NCBI GenBank assembly: GCA_002069885.1
Contig: MWCD01000001.1
Coordinates: 2,770-66,769 of the forward strand
DNA: 64,000 nucleotides
Direction: 5' to 3'
From: a bacterium ADurb.Bin236
GTDB lineage: Bacteria; UBP15; UBA6099
Positions 9,900 to 19,373 of the stretch are shown one piece after another. The notes under the pieces were generated by a model that searched no databases, was not told where the DNA came from, and was given only the letters and a program-made list of their open reading frames with translations. Position 1 is the stretch's first letter. Every line of letters begins with the position of its first letter. Made by a program: the position numbers and the translations under genes.

Positions 9900-10328
9900 G
9901 TGGGTGGCATGGGACGCAAAACCCTTTTGACGGTCGACGACGATCCGGTGGTGCTCGCGGCGATAAGCGAAGTGTTTTCTGGCGACTACAATGTGCTTAC
10001 CGCTAGAGACGGCCATGAGGCCATCGAGATTGCGAACCAGCACAGAATCGACATCATCCTTCTTGATATTATGATGCCGGGTTTCGACGGTTTCTCCACT
10101 CTTATGCTTCTGAAAGAAAGCCCCGACACAAGAGACATACCGGTCATCATGCTGACCGCCGTAGGAAAGAAGGAAAAAGTGATAACGGCTTTCCGCGACG
10201 GCGCGTCCGGCTACCTTTTAAAACCGTTCAAAGAAGAAACTCTCCGCAACAAACTCGAATCGGTGCTCAAACAGCACGACGAGGAACTCGCGGAGCGTCA
10301 AAACGAAACGCCTCCCCAGAACGGCTAA
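9900..10328 (+). CDS. stand-alone response-regulator receiver (CheY-like), 142 aa
   Basis: LLTVDDDP...ILLDIMMPGFDG...K receiver motifs and no output domain. Confidence 0.8.
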   Translation: MGGMGRKTLLTVDDDPVVLAAISEVFSGDYNVLTARDGHEAIEIANQHRIDIILLDIMMPGFDGFSTLMLLKESPDTRDIPVIMLTAVGKKEKVITAFRDGASGYLLKPFKEETLRNKLESVLKQHDEELAERQNETPPQNG

Positions 10329-10597
10329 CCCGGAACTTTCATTCCAAATCCTTTATTAGAATTCTGTTTTTTTCTCTCCAACGCTATCTATCACTCCTAA
10401 TATTTTACCTGTGCTCAGGATGCTTTTTCTCAAGAGACGCCGGGGGAATAACGCGCAATGCGAGTTTTTGAGCGCTGTTTCTTGTTGTATGTCGCTGCAA
10501 GAGGGCGGAACCGATTGGTTTTTGGTATAATAAACTTTCATTGGAGAAATGCCGACGAGCCGCAGGCTGATGTGAAACAAATGAAAGGCGCGCGAAT

Positions 10598-11740
10598 ATG
10601 AAAATGACATCCAAACAAAGAGTGAGGGCCGCCGTAGAGAGAAAACCTCTCGACAGGCTTCCAGTCATGTTGTGGTTCGAGCCTCAGATGCTGTTGAAAT
10701 GCGCGTCTGAAATCGAGCCTCCGCGCAGCCTGCTCGACAAGGCGGTGTTAGGCGGATTCGAGCTTATCCGCAGGAACGCCCCCTCCGAACAGTTGGCAAA
10801 CGCCGCCGCGCTTTTCGCTTACACCGCCCAGCATGACTATCTGCGACAACTCGGTTCCGACATCGTAGATTTCCATTGGTTCTTCGGGCCGTCCATCATC
10901 AAATCCGTGAACATCAAAGACGGCAATCTCAATATTACGGACAGATATGGAATAAAACGGAGCGTGGTCGGGCTTTATCTTGAGACGGTGGAGCCGCCCT
11001 GCAAAACTATAGAAGACGTCGCGTCATACGAGTTTCCCGACCTGACGCATCCCGCGCTGTACGCCCAGATAAGGATGTACCGAGCGCTGAGGCCCGGAGC
11101 ATCCATCGCGTGCTGGGTTCCCGGCGTTCAGGACTCGTCTCAGCACTGGATGGGATTGCAGAACCTATACACATGGATGATAGAGCGGCCGGATGTCATA
11201 ATGAATTTCTTTGCCGCCATGGCGCGGCATTCTCTGGATGTCATCAGGGGGGCGGTCGCCGCCGGCGCGGATGTCATCATCATCATGGACGACTACGGCT
11301 CGCAGAAAAACCTCCTGATGTCTAAAAGGATGTGGGAGCGGTTCACGTTCCCGTTCCTGAAAATGCAGGTTGACGAGATACACAGGCTGGGCGCGCTGGC
11401 GATGCTGCATTCATGCGGCCACGTAGAGCCTCTGCTGGACAAAATTGTCGAATCCGGAGCCGATATGCTTCACCCGTTTCAGCCCACTGCAGGCAATAAC
11501 CTTGCTCTAGCCAAGCAGAAATACGGCGGCGAACTCTGTTTCGTAACAGGGATAGACGCTCAGAGCATGTCAATGATGACTCCCGCCCAAGTGGCCGGCT
11601 CCATTCGGGAGAACGCCGAGGTCGGAAGAAAAGGCGGCGGATTCGTCCTGAGTTGCACACACTACCTTCAGGAAGATATACCTGAACAGAACATCAAAAC
11701 GATGTTCAAAACCATCAAAAAAGAAACCGCGCTGACTTAA
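10598..11740 (+). CDS. uroporphyrinogen decarboxylase (URO-D)/MtaA-like methyltransferase family protein
   Basis: N-terminal KPLDRLPVMLWFEP, a mid-region IIMDDYG and overall length fit the URO-D/MtaA/CmuA superfamily. Not a true HemE by motif. Confidence 0.55.
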   Translation: MKMTSKQRVRAAVERKPLDRLPVMLWFEPQMLLKCASEIEPPRSLLDKAVLGGFELIRRNAPSEQLANAAALFAYTAQHDYLRQLGSDIVDFHWFFGPSIIKSVNIKDGNLNITDRYGIKRSVVGLYLETVEPPCKTIEDVASYEFPDLTHPALYAQIRMYRALRPGASIACWVPGVQDSSQHWMGLQNLYTWMIERPDVIMNFFAAMARHSLDVIRGAVAAGADVIIIMDDYGSQKNLLMSKRMWERFTFPFLKMQVDEIHRLGALAMLHSCGHVEPLLDKIVESGADMLHPFQPTAGNNLALAKQKYGGELCFVTGIDAQSMSMMTPAQVAGSIRENAEVGRKGGGFVLSCTHYLQEDIPEQNIKTMFKTIKKETALT

Positions 11741-11836
11741 AATTTGCTTCAATCTTTTTTTTATCCGGTATCCTTGGGAAGGATTCAGGGCCAAATATTT
11801 GCACTTTTTAAGGTTTAGAAAGACCAAAATTCTTGA

Positions 11837-11866
11837 TTGACATAGTCTATACCTATTGGTTAATAT
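11837..11866 (+). promoter_or_regulatory. sigma-70-like promoter TTGACA-N17/18-TTAATAT upstream of the lipoprotein gene
   Basis: ttgaca at 11837-11842 and ttaatat at 11860-11866. Confidence 0.4.
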
Positions 11867-11989
11867 TCAACAAGAAATATGGTTATCGTTTAAATACTTT
11901 GAGCAGGTCTGTCATGAAGTGTGCGGCAGACAACAAAGCTCATTTATATATCGAATAAATTCGGCCAAGGATTGAGAGGAGAATAGAAC

Positions 11990-12871
11990 ATGAAAAGAAT
12001 TTTTTCAGTAGTCGTATGTTTTGCGGTGGCAGCTCTTGTTTCTGGATGCTCAGGAGGGGCGGGCAAAGGAACGCAATATGAAAAGTATTCGAGCATTGCT
12101 CACAAATTCAGCGTTGAGGTTCCCAAAGGGGCTGAGAATTTTGAAGTTGAAACAAGAGATGCGGTCACATCAGGCGGCAATTCTGTGACGACAACTCTGT
12201 ATTCTTCGTCATTGAAAGACATAATGTTCATGGTGGCCGCCACGCCGGTCAACATAGTGAGCGACAACGTTAAGGAATCGCTGGAAAAAGGTCGAGACGC
12301 GGTGGCGAATAACGGAGAAGTGATAAGCAAGGGAGAATCCACGCTTGCGGGACAACCGGCTCTGACATTGGTCTACAAAACACAGTCGCAGGGCATGGAT
12401 GTTTATTACAGCGGCGTTTTCGCTTATGTCGAAGGCACTCAATTCCAAGTCTTGTTCGGCTCGACAGATCAGAAAAAGCTTGAGGGAGCCGACGCAAAGC
12501 GCTTCTTCGAATCTTTCAAGTATGATCCTGAAGCTGCCGCGCAGAAAGAAGTCCCCGCAGCGGCGGAAGGCAAAAAAACCTCCGCAGGCAAAGGGCAAAC
12601 ACTGGAATCGCTTTGCAACAAGCTGACGCTTGAGACGAAGAACACGGTGGGAGCCGCTTATACGAGCGAGTTGGAAAACCAGACTCGAACTTCATGTTTG
12701 GCGGCAGCGGACGCTTACAAATCATCTCCCAAAGCAGACGCAGCTATCAGCGTTTTCGTGGGCTACATCATGGACGCATGCGACGGCAAAAGCGGGCAAG
12801 ACTGGATAGCTTGCTATAGCAGTCAAGCCGCTGCAGCAGGGCAGGCCGCAGCCAATGAGATGATGAAATAA
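11990..12871 (+). CDS. lipoprotein (signal peptide plus lipobox), 293 aa
   Basis: MKRIFSVVVCFAVAALVSGCSGG has a VSGC lipobox. Followed by a strong terminator. Confidence 0.7.
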   Translation: MKRIFSVVVCFAVAALVSGCSGGAGKGTQYEKYSSIAHKFSVEVPKGAENFEVETRDAVTSGGNSVTTTLYSSSLKDIMFMVAATPVNIVSDNVKESLEKGRDAVANNGEVISKGESTLAGQPALTLVYKTQSQGMDVYYSGVFAYVEGTQFQVLFGSTDQKKLEGADAKRFFESFKYDPEAAAQKEVPAAAEGKKTSAGKGQTLESLCNKLTLETKNTVGAAYTSELENQTRTSCLAAADAYKSSPKADAAISVFVGYIMDACDGKSGQDWIACYSSQAAAAGQAAANEMMK

Positions 12872-12925
12872 CGGTTAGCTCGCGCATTCGGATTTATTGT
12901 AGTATTTACTAAAAGTGAGCAAACA

Positions 12926-12957
12926 AAAAGCCTCCGATGAGGAGGCTTTTTTGTTTT
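12926..12957 (+). terminator. rho-independent terminator
   Basis: aaaagcctcc-gatga-ggaggctttt hairpin followed by ttgtttt. Confidence 0.75.
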
Positions 12958-13010
12958 GCCGAAGAAGGGAATCGAACCCCCACGAGGAGTGATCCTCGGC
13001 AGATTTTGAG
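12957..13010 (-). repeat. 54-nt copy of the 3' half of tRNA-Leu(CAA) (anticodon loop to discriminator). Candidate att site.
   Basis: Identical to 32980-33033 and to the 3' part of the intact tRNA at 44528-44581. The repeat starts exactly in the anticodon loop. Confidence 0.8.
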
Positions 13011-13455
13011 AAAATTGAAAAATCCAAGAATTATTATTATATAAGGTTTTTATTGTATTCATATAACCTGTGTTATGCGTGTGTTATCAAGATTAAGGGA
13101 GTTTTCGTTGAATACTCGGATTGAAAATGATGGTGTAAATTATTCATGCCGATAATGTGACAATGTTAATCATATTTGCGCCGTATCGATTCATAAGCAA
13201 ATTGTGCCGCCAGTTTGTGAATAGTGTTGTGCTAAGCTACAGGGCATTTCCGTTATCACAAGCTTTGTTGCGTTTATTGAGGCGAGAAACAAGGGGGCGG
13301 ACAAAGTAATATTTAGTTTGAAAATATAAGGGCTTATCCTTAACATGTGAAATCAAGAGGAGTTGTCGGTTTACTTGCGGAGCTGGCAAGGTTGTGTCGG
13401 TGTAAAGGCGATGTTCTCCGTTTTTATAGAAGGGATTGAGGCATAGCTTATTGGG

Positions 13456-16400
13456 ATGACAGACAAAGCAAAAAATCAGACGCAGAGAAAAATGTCGGAA
13501 TTATCTCGGATAAACCAATACGCTGCTGTGATTGCGGCGTTCTGGACTTTTGCCGCGTGCGCGTCGATGTTATGGGGTTTTCAGCTTCAGCGCAACGGGA
13601 TAATAACGCTTGCGAAGAGCCAAGCCCGCGCGGCTTTTCAGAAAGATATTCTTTACCGGAAGTGGAGCGCGGACCGAGGCGGGGTCTACATCAGGGCAAA
13701 CGAGGCCACGCCTCCGAACCCGTATATTCCTGAAAACGCGAGGGAGATTGAGACGTCCGGCGGGGAGAAGCTGACGCTTGTGAATCCGGCATATATGACG
13801 CGGCAGGTTCACGAGATGGGAACGGATGAAAACGGAGTGTTCGGACACATTACGAGCCTGAATCCGATAAGGCCCGAGAACGCTCCGGACGAATGGGAAA
13901 CGGAAGCTTTGAAACTGTTCGAAATAGGCGAAAAGGAAGCGGTGACTGCGGTAAAAACCGGCGACGGCGGCGCTCTGAGATTTATGAGGCCGCTGACAGT
14001 AGAGGCCGGATGTTTGAAATGCCACGCGTCTCAAGGTTACAAGCTGGGAGAGATAAGAGGCGGCATAAGCGTGATGGTTCCGCTCAAGCCGCTAAAGGAA
14101 TCGGTAAGGAGCCACTTGACTGCGATAGCGGCCGGGCACTCCGCGCTCTGGCTGTTCGGAATTGTCGCCATAGCGTCCGGCGCAAGGACTATCCGAAGAG
14201 AAACAAAGCAACGGTTGAAAGACGAGGCGGCTTTGAAAGCCAGCGAGGAGTTTTTGAAGAAATCTCAGGAGATAGCCCATGTGGGTAGCTGGTCGCTCGA
14301 CCTGTCTGACAATTCGATAACTTGGTCGGACGAGGTTTTCAGGATATTCGGACTTGAGCCGGGCAACATAGCCCCAACGTTTGACGCTTTCCTCGAACTG
14401 GTTCATCCAGAAGACAGGGGACAGATTTCAGAAGCGTATGAAAAAGCGATAAAAAGCCATGAACTGACGGAGATCGTCCACAGGATAATCACTCCGGCTA
14501 AACGAACGAGGACGGTAAGGCAGAAAGCATTCATGGCGGACGCGGTCGGGGGAGGCGCGAGGATAGTAGGCACTGTCCACGACATCACCGAGCAACAGGT
14601 ATACGAAGAAAGCCTTAAGATGTCTCGCAAGCTTTGGGAAGACACGTTCAACGCGATAACCGACGTTGTGTTGGTGATAGACAGAGAATTCAAGATATTG
14701 AAAGCCAACAGGATAGCCGAGGACATGTTCGGCTCCGATAGAATTGTCGGCGCGAAATGTCACGAGTTGTTCCACGGGCAGGATTCTCCGCGGCCGTGGT
14801 GTCCGGCGCTTTCGGTTTCGGACACTAAAGAATCAAGGCGCGTCCAGATGAAGGAAGAGTATCTGGGAGGCAGGTGGTTCGACTATTCGGCGCATCCGAT
14901 CTCCGACGAGGTTGGAAATGTGACCCAGATCGTGCTGGTGGCAAGGGACATAACCGAGAAGAAAAGGGCGGAAGAAGAAGCGGCCCGGACCGCGTCGCTT
15001 AACGAGTTGCTCCTTGATTCGTTCCCTCATCCGGCGATGCTCATAGACAAAAACAAAAAAATACTCGCTGCAAACAGGATAGCGAAGAAGATGGGCGCGG
15101 CGCAGGGAGAAAGCTGTTGGAGCAGTTTCGCGGGAATGGCCCGCGCGCCGGGAAACGGGGACGCGGGAAAAGGAGTAGCCGCTCTATCCGCCTGTTCTCA
15201 TCACTGCGACTTCTGTCTCGCTGAAAAGGCTTTCGCGGATATGGAGTCAAAACAGGACTCCAACGTCGGGTTAAAGGGCGGGATATGGGACACACATTGG
15301 GTTCCCGTCGATGAAAACACATATCTGCATTACGCGGTTGATATCTCGGAAATCAGGAAGGCAGAGGAGGCTCTGAGGAAATCGGAGCGGGACCTTGCCA
15401 TAAGAAACAGGATAGCGGATGTGTTCCTTGCGCGCTCTTCAGGCGACGACATGTTCGCGGAAACGCTGGAAGTGGTGCGTAAAGAGCTTGGCAGCGAATA
15501 CGGATACTTCGGCTACATAGACGAAAAAGGGGATTTTGTTTCCGCATCTATGACGCGTGAAGTGTGGGATGTCTGCCAAATTCCGGAAAAGACAAATGTG
15601 TTTCCGAAAGACTGCTGGAACGGGCTTTGGGGACGTTCGCTGATAGGAAAAAGGACGATTTTTTCAAACGAGCCGTTGAAGGTTCCGCAAGGCCATGTTC
15701 CGCTGGACAGGGCAGTAGCGGCGCCGATTGTCTATTCGGGAAAGCTTATAGGGCAGTTGGCGCTGGCAAACAAAAAAGACGATTATACGGATAACGACAT
15801 AAGGTTGATCGACTCGATAACCGAATACATAGCGCCGATCCTTCATTTCAAGTTGACCGCCGAACGCGAAGAGCGCGACAGGAGGAAAGCGGAAACAGCG
15901 ATACGTTCGATCATAGAGGGCACGGCGGCGACGACGGGCAAAGACTTTTTCAGGTCGCTGGCAAAGAACCTCGCGCAGGCGCTTTCCGTGAAATACGCGC
16001 TCATCGCCGAATATCCTGCGGACGCTCCCGGCAAAGCGCGTTCGCTGTCCTTCTGGGCGGGGAACGGATTCGCAGACGATTTCGAATACGATCTGACCGG
16101 AACGCCGTGCGCGGAAGTGTTAGAAAGCGGCAAAGACATCTGCTATTTCCCCAAAAGCGTCAGAGAACTTTTTCCAGATGACGTGGATCTGGCGAAAATG
16201 GGGGCGGAAAGCTATTTGGGAACGTTGATGATGGACTCTGCCGGAAAACGCATTGGGCACGTGGCGGTTCTTGACGACAAGCAAATGGCATTCGATCCAG
16301 ACACGAGAAGAATCTTGAAAGTGTTCGCGGCGCGGGCGCAAGCCGAGATAGAAAGGCTTGGAGCCGAAGAGCAGCTTAAGAGACACAGGGACAGGCTGGA

Positions 16401-17175
16401 AGAAATTGTCGCAGAAAAAACCGTCGAACTAGAAAAGGCGAACCAAGCGGTGTTTCAAACGATGAAATACCAGATGGTGGCGCGTCTATCAATGGGTTTG
16501 TCTCACGAGATAAAGAACCCGTTGGCGATTATGAAAACGCACGCCGAGCTTCTTGAAACCAATGAGGCGGTGGCTAATATCGGCGACGAAGAGATTAGCT
16601 ATTCTCTGTCGGTTTTATTGAAACAGATCGACCGGATATCGACTACTCTGGATAATCTGAGGATTCTATCAAGAGAAAAAGCTTCCGAATTTAAAAACAT
16701 CGAAATCAAGAGTATGATAGGCGAAGTCATCAAGATGTTCTATCCGGCTTTAAGGAAAGCGGGCATAACGGCGAGGCAGTCTTACGCCGAGGACGCTCCT
16801 TCGATAATAGAAGCGGACGAGACGAAGCTGATGCAAATGCTGACGAATCTGGTGTTTAACGCCATGGAAAGCATGTCCGAGAGAGGCGGCAAGTTGACGT
16901 TGTCCCTTGACTCTCTGGAATCCGGCAGACTCGTTCAGATATCGGTGTCGGACACAGGTCGCGGCATTTCTAAAGACAACATTAAGAAGGTGTTCGACCC
17001 GTTCTTCACTACGAAATCGGGAGGAACGGGAATGGGGCTGGCGATTTGCGCGGGCATGGCGGAGGACCACGGCGGCTCGATAAGCGTGGAAAGCGCGGAG
17101 GGCGAAGGCGCGACCTTCAGGTTGACTCTCCCAGCGAGCCAGAGCGCGACTAAGCGGAACGGAGAGAAGGCATGA
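13456..17175 (+). CDS. multidomain sensor histidine kinase: periplasmic DUF3365-like heme-c (CXXCH) domain, PAS and GAF domains, HisKA, HATPase (1239 aa)
   Basis: TM helices at residues ~20-40 and ~215-235. CLKCH is encoded at 14011-14025. PAS-like blocks, GAF-like regions, H-box LSHEIKNPL, and a C-terminal ATPase with DTGRGI...GGTGMGLAI. Confidence 0.85.
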   Translation: MTDKAKNQTQRKMSELSRINQYAAVIAAFWTFAACASMLWGFQLQRNGIITLAKSQARAAFQKDILYRKWSADRGGVYIRANEATPPNPYIPENAREIETSGGEKLTLVNPAYMTRQVHEMGTDENGVFGHITSLNPIRPENAPDEWETEALKLFEIGEKEAVTAVKTGDGGALRFMRPLTVEAGCLKCHASQGYKLGEIRGGISVMVPLKPLKESVRSHLTAIAAGHSALWLFGIVAIASGARTIRRETKQRLKDEAALKASEEFLKKSQEIAHVGSWSLDLSDNSITWSDEVFRIFGLEPGNIAPTFDAFLELVHPEDRGQISEAYEKAIKSHELTEIVHRIITPAKRTRTVRQKAFMADAVGGGARIVGTVHDITEQQVYEESLKMSRKLWEDTFNAITDVVLVIDREFKILKANRIAEDMFGSDRIVGAKCHELFHGQDSPRPWCPALSVSDTKESRRVQMKEEYLGGRWFDYSAHPISDEVGNVTQIVLVARDITEKKRAEEEAARTASLNELLLDSFPHPAMLIDKNKKILAANRIAKKMGAAQGESCWSSFAGMARAPGNGDAGKGVAALSACSHHCDFCLAEKAFADMESKQDSNVGLKGGIWDTHWVPVDENTYLHYAVDISEIRKAEEALRKSERDLAIRNRIADVFLARSSGDDMFAETLEVVRKELGSEYGYFGYIDEKGDFVSASMTREVWDVCQIPEKTNVFPKDCWNGLWGRSLIGKRTIFSNEPLKVPQGHVPLDRAVAAPIVYSGKLIGQLALANKKDDYTDNDIRLIDSITEYIAPILHFKLTAEREERDRRKAETAIRSIIEGTAATTGKDFFRSLAKNLAQALSVKYALIAEYPADAPGKARSLSFWAGNGFADDFEYDLTGTPCAEVLESGKDICYFPKSVRELFPDDVDLAKMGAESYLGTLMMDSAGKRIGHVAVLDDKQMAFDPDTRRILKVFAARAQAEIERLGAEEQLKRHRDRLEEIVAEKTVELEKANQAVFQTMKYQMVARLSMGLSHEIKNPLAIMKTHAELLETNEAVANIGDEEISYSLSVLLKQIDRISTTLDNLRILSREKASEFKNIEIKSMIGEVIKMFYPALRKAGITARQSYAEDAPSIIEADETKLMQMLTNLVFNAMESMSERGGKLTLSLDSLESGRLVQISVSDTGRGISKDNIKKVFDPFFTTKSGGTGMGLAICAGMAEDHGGSISVESAEGEGATFRLTLPASQSATKRNGEKA

Positions 17176-18566
17176 AGGCGAGAATTCTGGTTGTGGACGA
17201 CGAGGCGGACCTTTGCAAAGGCGTGGAGATAGCTCTGAAAAGAGACGGTTATCACGTAGAATCAGTTTTTTCCGGTGAAGAGGCTGTCGAGGTTCTTCAG
17301 GAGAAAAGCTTCGACCTGATTATTCTCGATTATAAGATGACCGGCATGGACGGGCTGGAAACCTTGCGCCAAATCAGGGAGAGATTCGGTGACGTCAGCG
17401 TCATTTTTATCACCGCGCACGGGGATCAGGAGCTTGCCATCAGAAGTTTGGAGCTTGGCGCGACCGAATACATGCACAAACCGTTCAACCTTAAAAATCT
17501 TTCGTTCAGGATTTTCAAGACGCTGAAACTGCATTTGCTGGAAACAGAGATAAAAGAGCTGAAGAAGAATAGCAGAAACAGTTTTTCAGGCATTGTGACG
17601 AGAAATGAAAAGATGAAAGAGATAATGGAGATAGTAGACAGAGTGTCTAAGCATTCAACGCCGGTGCTGATAACGGGCGAGACGGGGACGGGGAAAGAAG
17701 TGATAGCGTCCGCGATACACCACAACACGATGAATCCGAGGAAAGAGAAGGCGTTTCTGACGATAAACTGCGGAGCGGTGCCGGAGCCGCTTATAGAAAG
17801 CGAACTGTTCGGGCATGTAAAAGGCGCGTTTTCAGGAGCGGTTATGGACAAGCAGGGCTTATTTGAGGTCGCAGACGGGGGAACAATCTTTCTGGATGAA
17901 CTTACAAGCGCATCTCCAGCTCTCCAAACAAAACTGCTTCGCATACTCGACTGCGGCGAATATTTAAGGGTGGGCGACACCGCGACAAGGAAGGTTGACG
18001 CGCGGGTTGTCGCCGCAACAAACAAGGACATCCCCGGCGAAATCGAGAAGGGCAATTTCAGGATAGACCTTTATCACAGGCTCAAAGTGGTTCAAATCGA
18101 ACTTCCGCCTCTGAGGGACAGGATAGAGGACATCGAACCGCTGGCGAGGCGTTTTCTCGAAATCTATAACGCGGAGATGGGCAGAAGCGTGAGCATGTCG
18201 GCGGACGCTTTAAGCGTTCTTAAAAGCTATCCTTGGCCGGGCAACATAAGGGAGCTTAAGCACTGCATGGAGAGCGTCGTTCTTATGTGCCGCGGAGAAA
18301 TCATACGGCCTGAAGACCTTCCTGAAAGGATGCGGCTTCTCGACGACAACGAGCTTTCCGGCGATTTCTCAGAGATGAAATCCCGTCTGCTGGAAAACTT
18401 CGAAAGGAAATACTTTGCTTCCATTATTAAAGAAGCGGGCGGAAATATTTCAAAGGCGGCTGATCTGGCAAACCTGAGCCGGGTGTATCTTGCAAAAAAG
18501 CTTAAAGAATACGGGATAGACGCCAAAGAAGAAAAGCAAAGCTCCGGAGATTCTCCCGGCAAATAA
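17172..18566 (+). CDS. sigma-54-dependent response regulator (NtrC family: REC + AAA+ + Fis-type HTH)
   Basis: Receiver ILVVDDE...ILDYKMTGMDG, Walker A GETGTGKE, GAFTGA-type ESELFGHVKGAFSGA, C-terminal HTH. The start overlaps the kinase stop (atga). Confidence 0.9.
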   Translation: MKARILVVDDEADLCKGVEIALKRDGYHVESVFSGEEAVEVLQEKSFDLIILDYKMTGMDGLETLRQIRERFGDVSVIFITAHGDQELAIRSLELGATEYMHKPFNLKNLSFRIFKTLKLHLLETEIKELKKNSRNSFSGIVTRNEKMKEIMEIVDRVSKHSTPVLITGETGTGKEVIASAIHHNTMNPRKEKAFLTINCGAVPEPLIESELFGHVKGAFSGAVMDKQGLFEVADGGTIFLDELTSASPALQTKLLRILDCGEYLRVGDTATRKVDARVVAATNKDIPGEIEKGNFRIDLYHRLKVVQIELPPLRDRIEDIEPLARRFLEIYNAEMGRSVSMSADALSVLKSYPWPGNIRELKHCMESVVLMCRGEIIRPEDLPERMRLLDDNELSGDFSEMKSRLLENFERKYFASIIKEAGGNISKAADLANLSRVYLAKKLKEYGIDAKEEKQSSGDSPGK

Positions 18567-18954
18567 AACTCTTTTTTATTTTCGTATTAATAACATAATC
18601 GGTTTGGCGGCTATGCTGCCGAATGTCGTATCGCGCCTCTTTTTCGAGCGGCTGATCTTGCCGAAGCATCAAAAAAACAGTAGTTATCATATTAAGTCGA
18701 GAAAATAATCCCGCATCGAAAAAGGAATATTTATTACTAGCGCACGTGAGCGGCAGTTGAAGACGTCAACTGTTGTTGGCATTCGCTACCTATCACGCGC
18801 CGCGCGCGGCGGTTCTTATCCAAAATAAATAAACCTTTAACACAAACGATATTTTTATCGTTTCGATTGCGCGCCGCGCCTATGGCTCGTGTTGGCAGGC
18901 TAATTGATATATTAGAACCGCAAGCAGGACGTGACAGGGGGAAACGAAACGCTG

Positions 18955-19371
18955 ATGGAAAACATAGCCGTAGAAACAAGTTTCTCGCAACCTAGGCTGC
19001 TGCTTGTGGACGACGACGCCGGTTTCAGGGAGAACATTGAGGAAATTCTAGACAGGTCATCGATTCAACACGTGTCCAAAGAGGGCGGCGCCGACGCAAT
19101 AAAAGAATTGATACATAACAAAAAAGGTTTCGACTGCGTGCTGCTTGATATGCACATGGGCGGGATAAGCGGAGTGGACACAGCGCGCATGATTAAGAAG
19201 TTGAAGGGCGCGTTGCCGATAGTGATGATGGGAACGGGCGAGTCGCTCCTGATGGAGATAACCGCGCGGACTATAGGATCAAATTGCCATTATATAAAGA
19301 AGCCGTTCAGCGAGGAAGAACTGGTGGACGCGCTGAGACGGTCTATAAGCGCGCCGACGGGAGAGCGCTAA
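18955..19371 (+). CDS. cheY: CheY-like receiver protein
   Basis: LLLVDDD...VLLDMHMGG...K receiver. Start taken at ATG 18955 (AGGGGG upstream). A GTG at 18931 is the alternative. Confidence 0.75.
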   Translation: MENIAVETSFSQPRLLLVDDDAGFRENIEEILDRSSIQHVSKEGGADAIKELIHNKKGFDCVLLDMHMGGISGVDTARMIKKLKGALPIVMMGTGESLLMEITARTIGSNCHYIKKPFSEEELVDALRRSISAPTGER

Positions 19372-19373
19372 AA

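Noticed and set aside
10329-10597. Possible cobalamin or other riboswitch upstream of the URO-D/MtaA-like gene
   Set aside because: The leader from the extended -10 element (TGgTATAAT, 10523-10531) to the ATG is only about 65 nt and shows no conserved riboswitch-like structure by eye.
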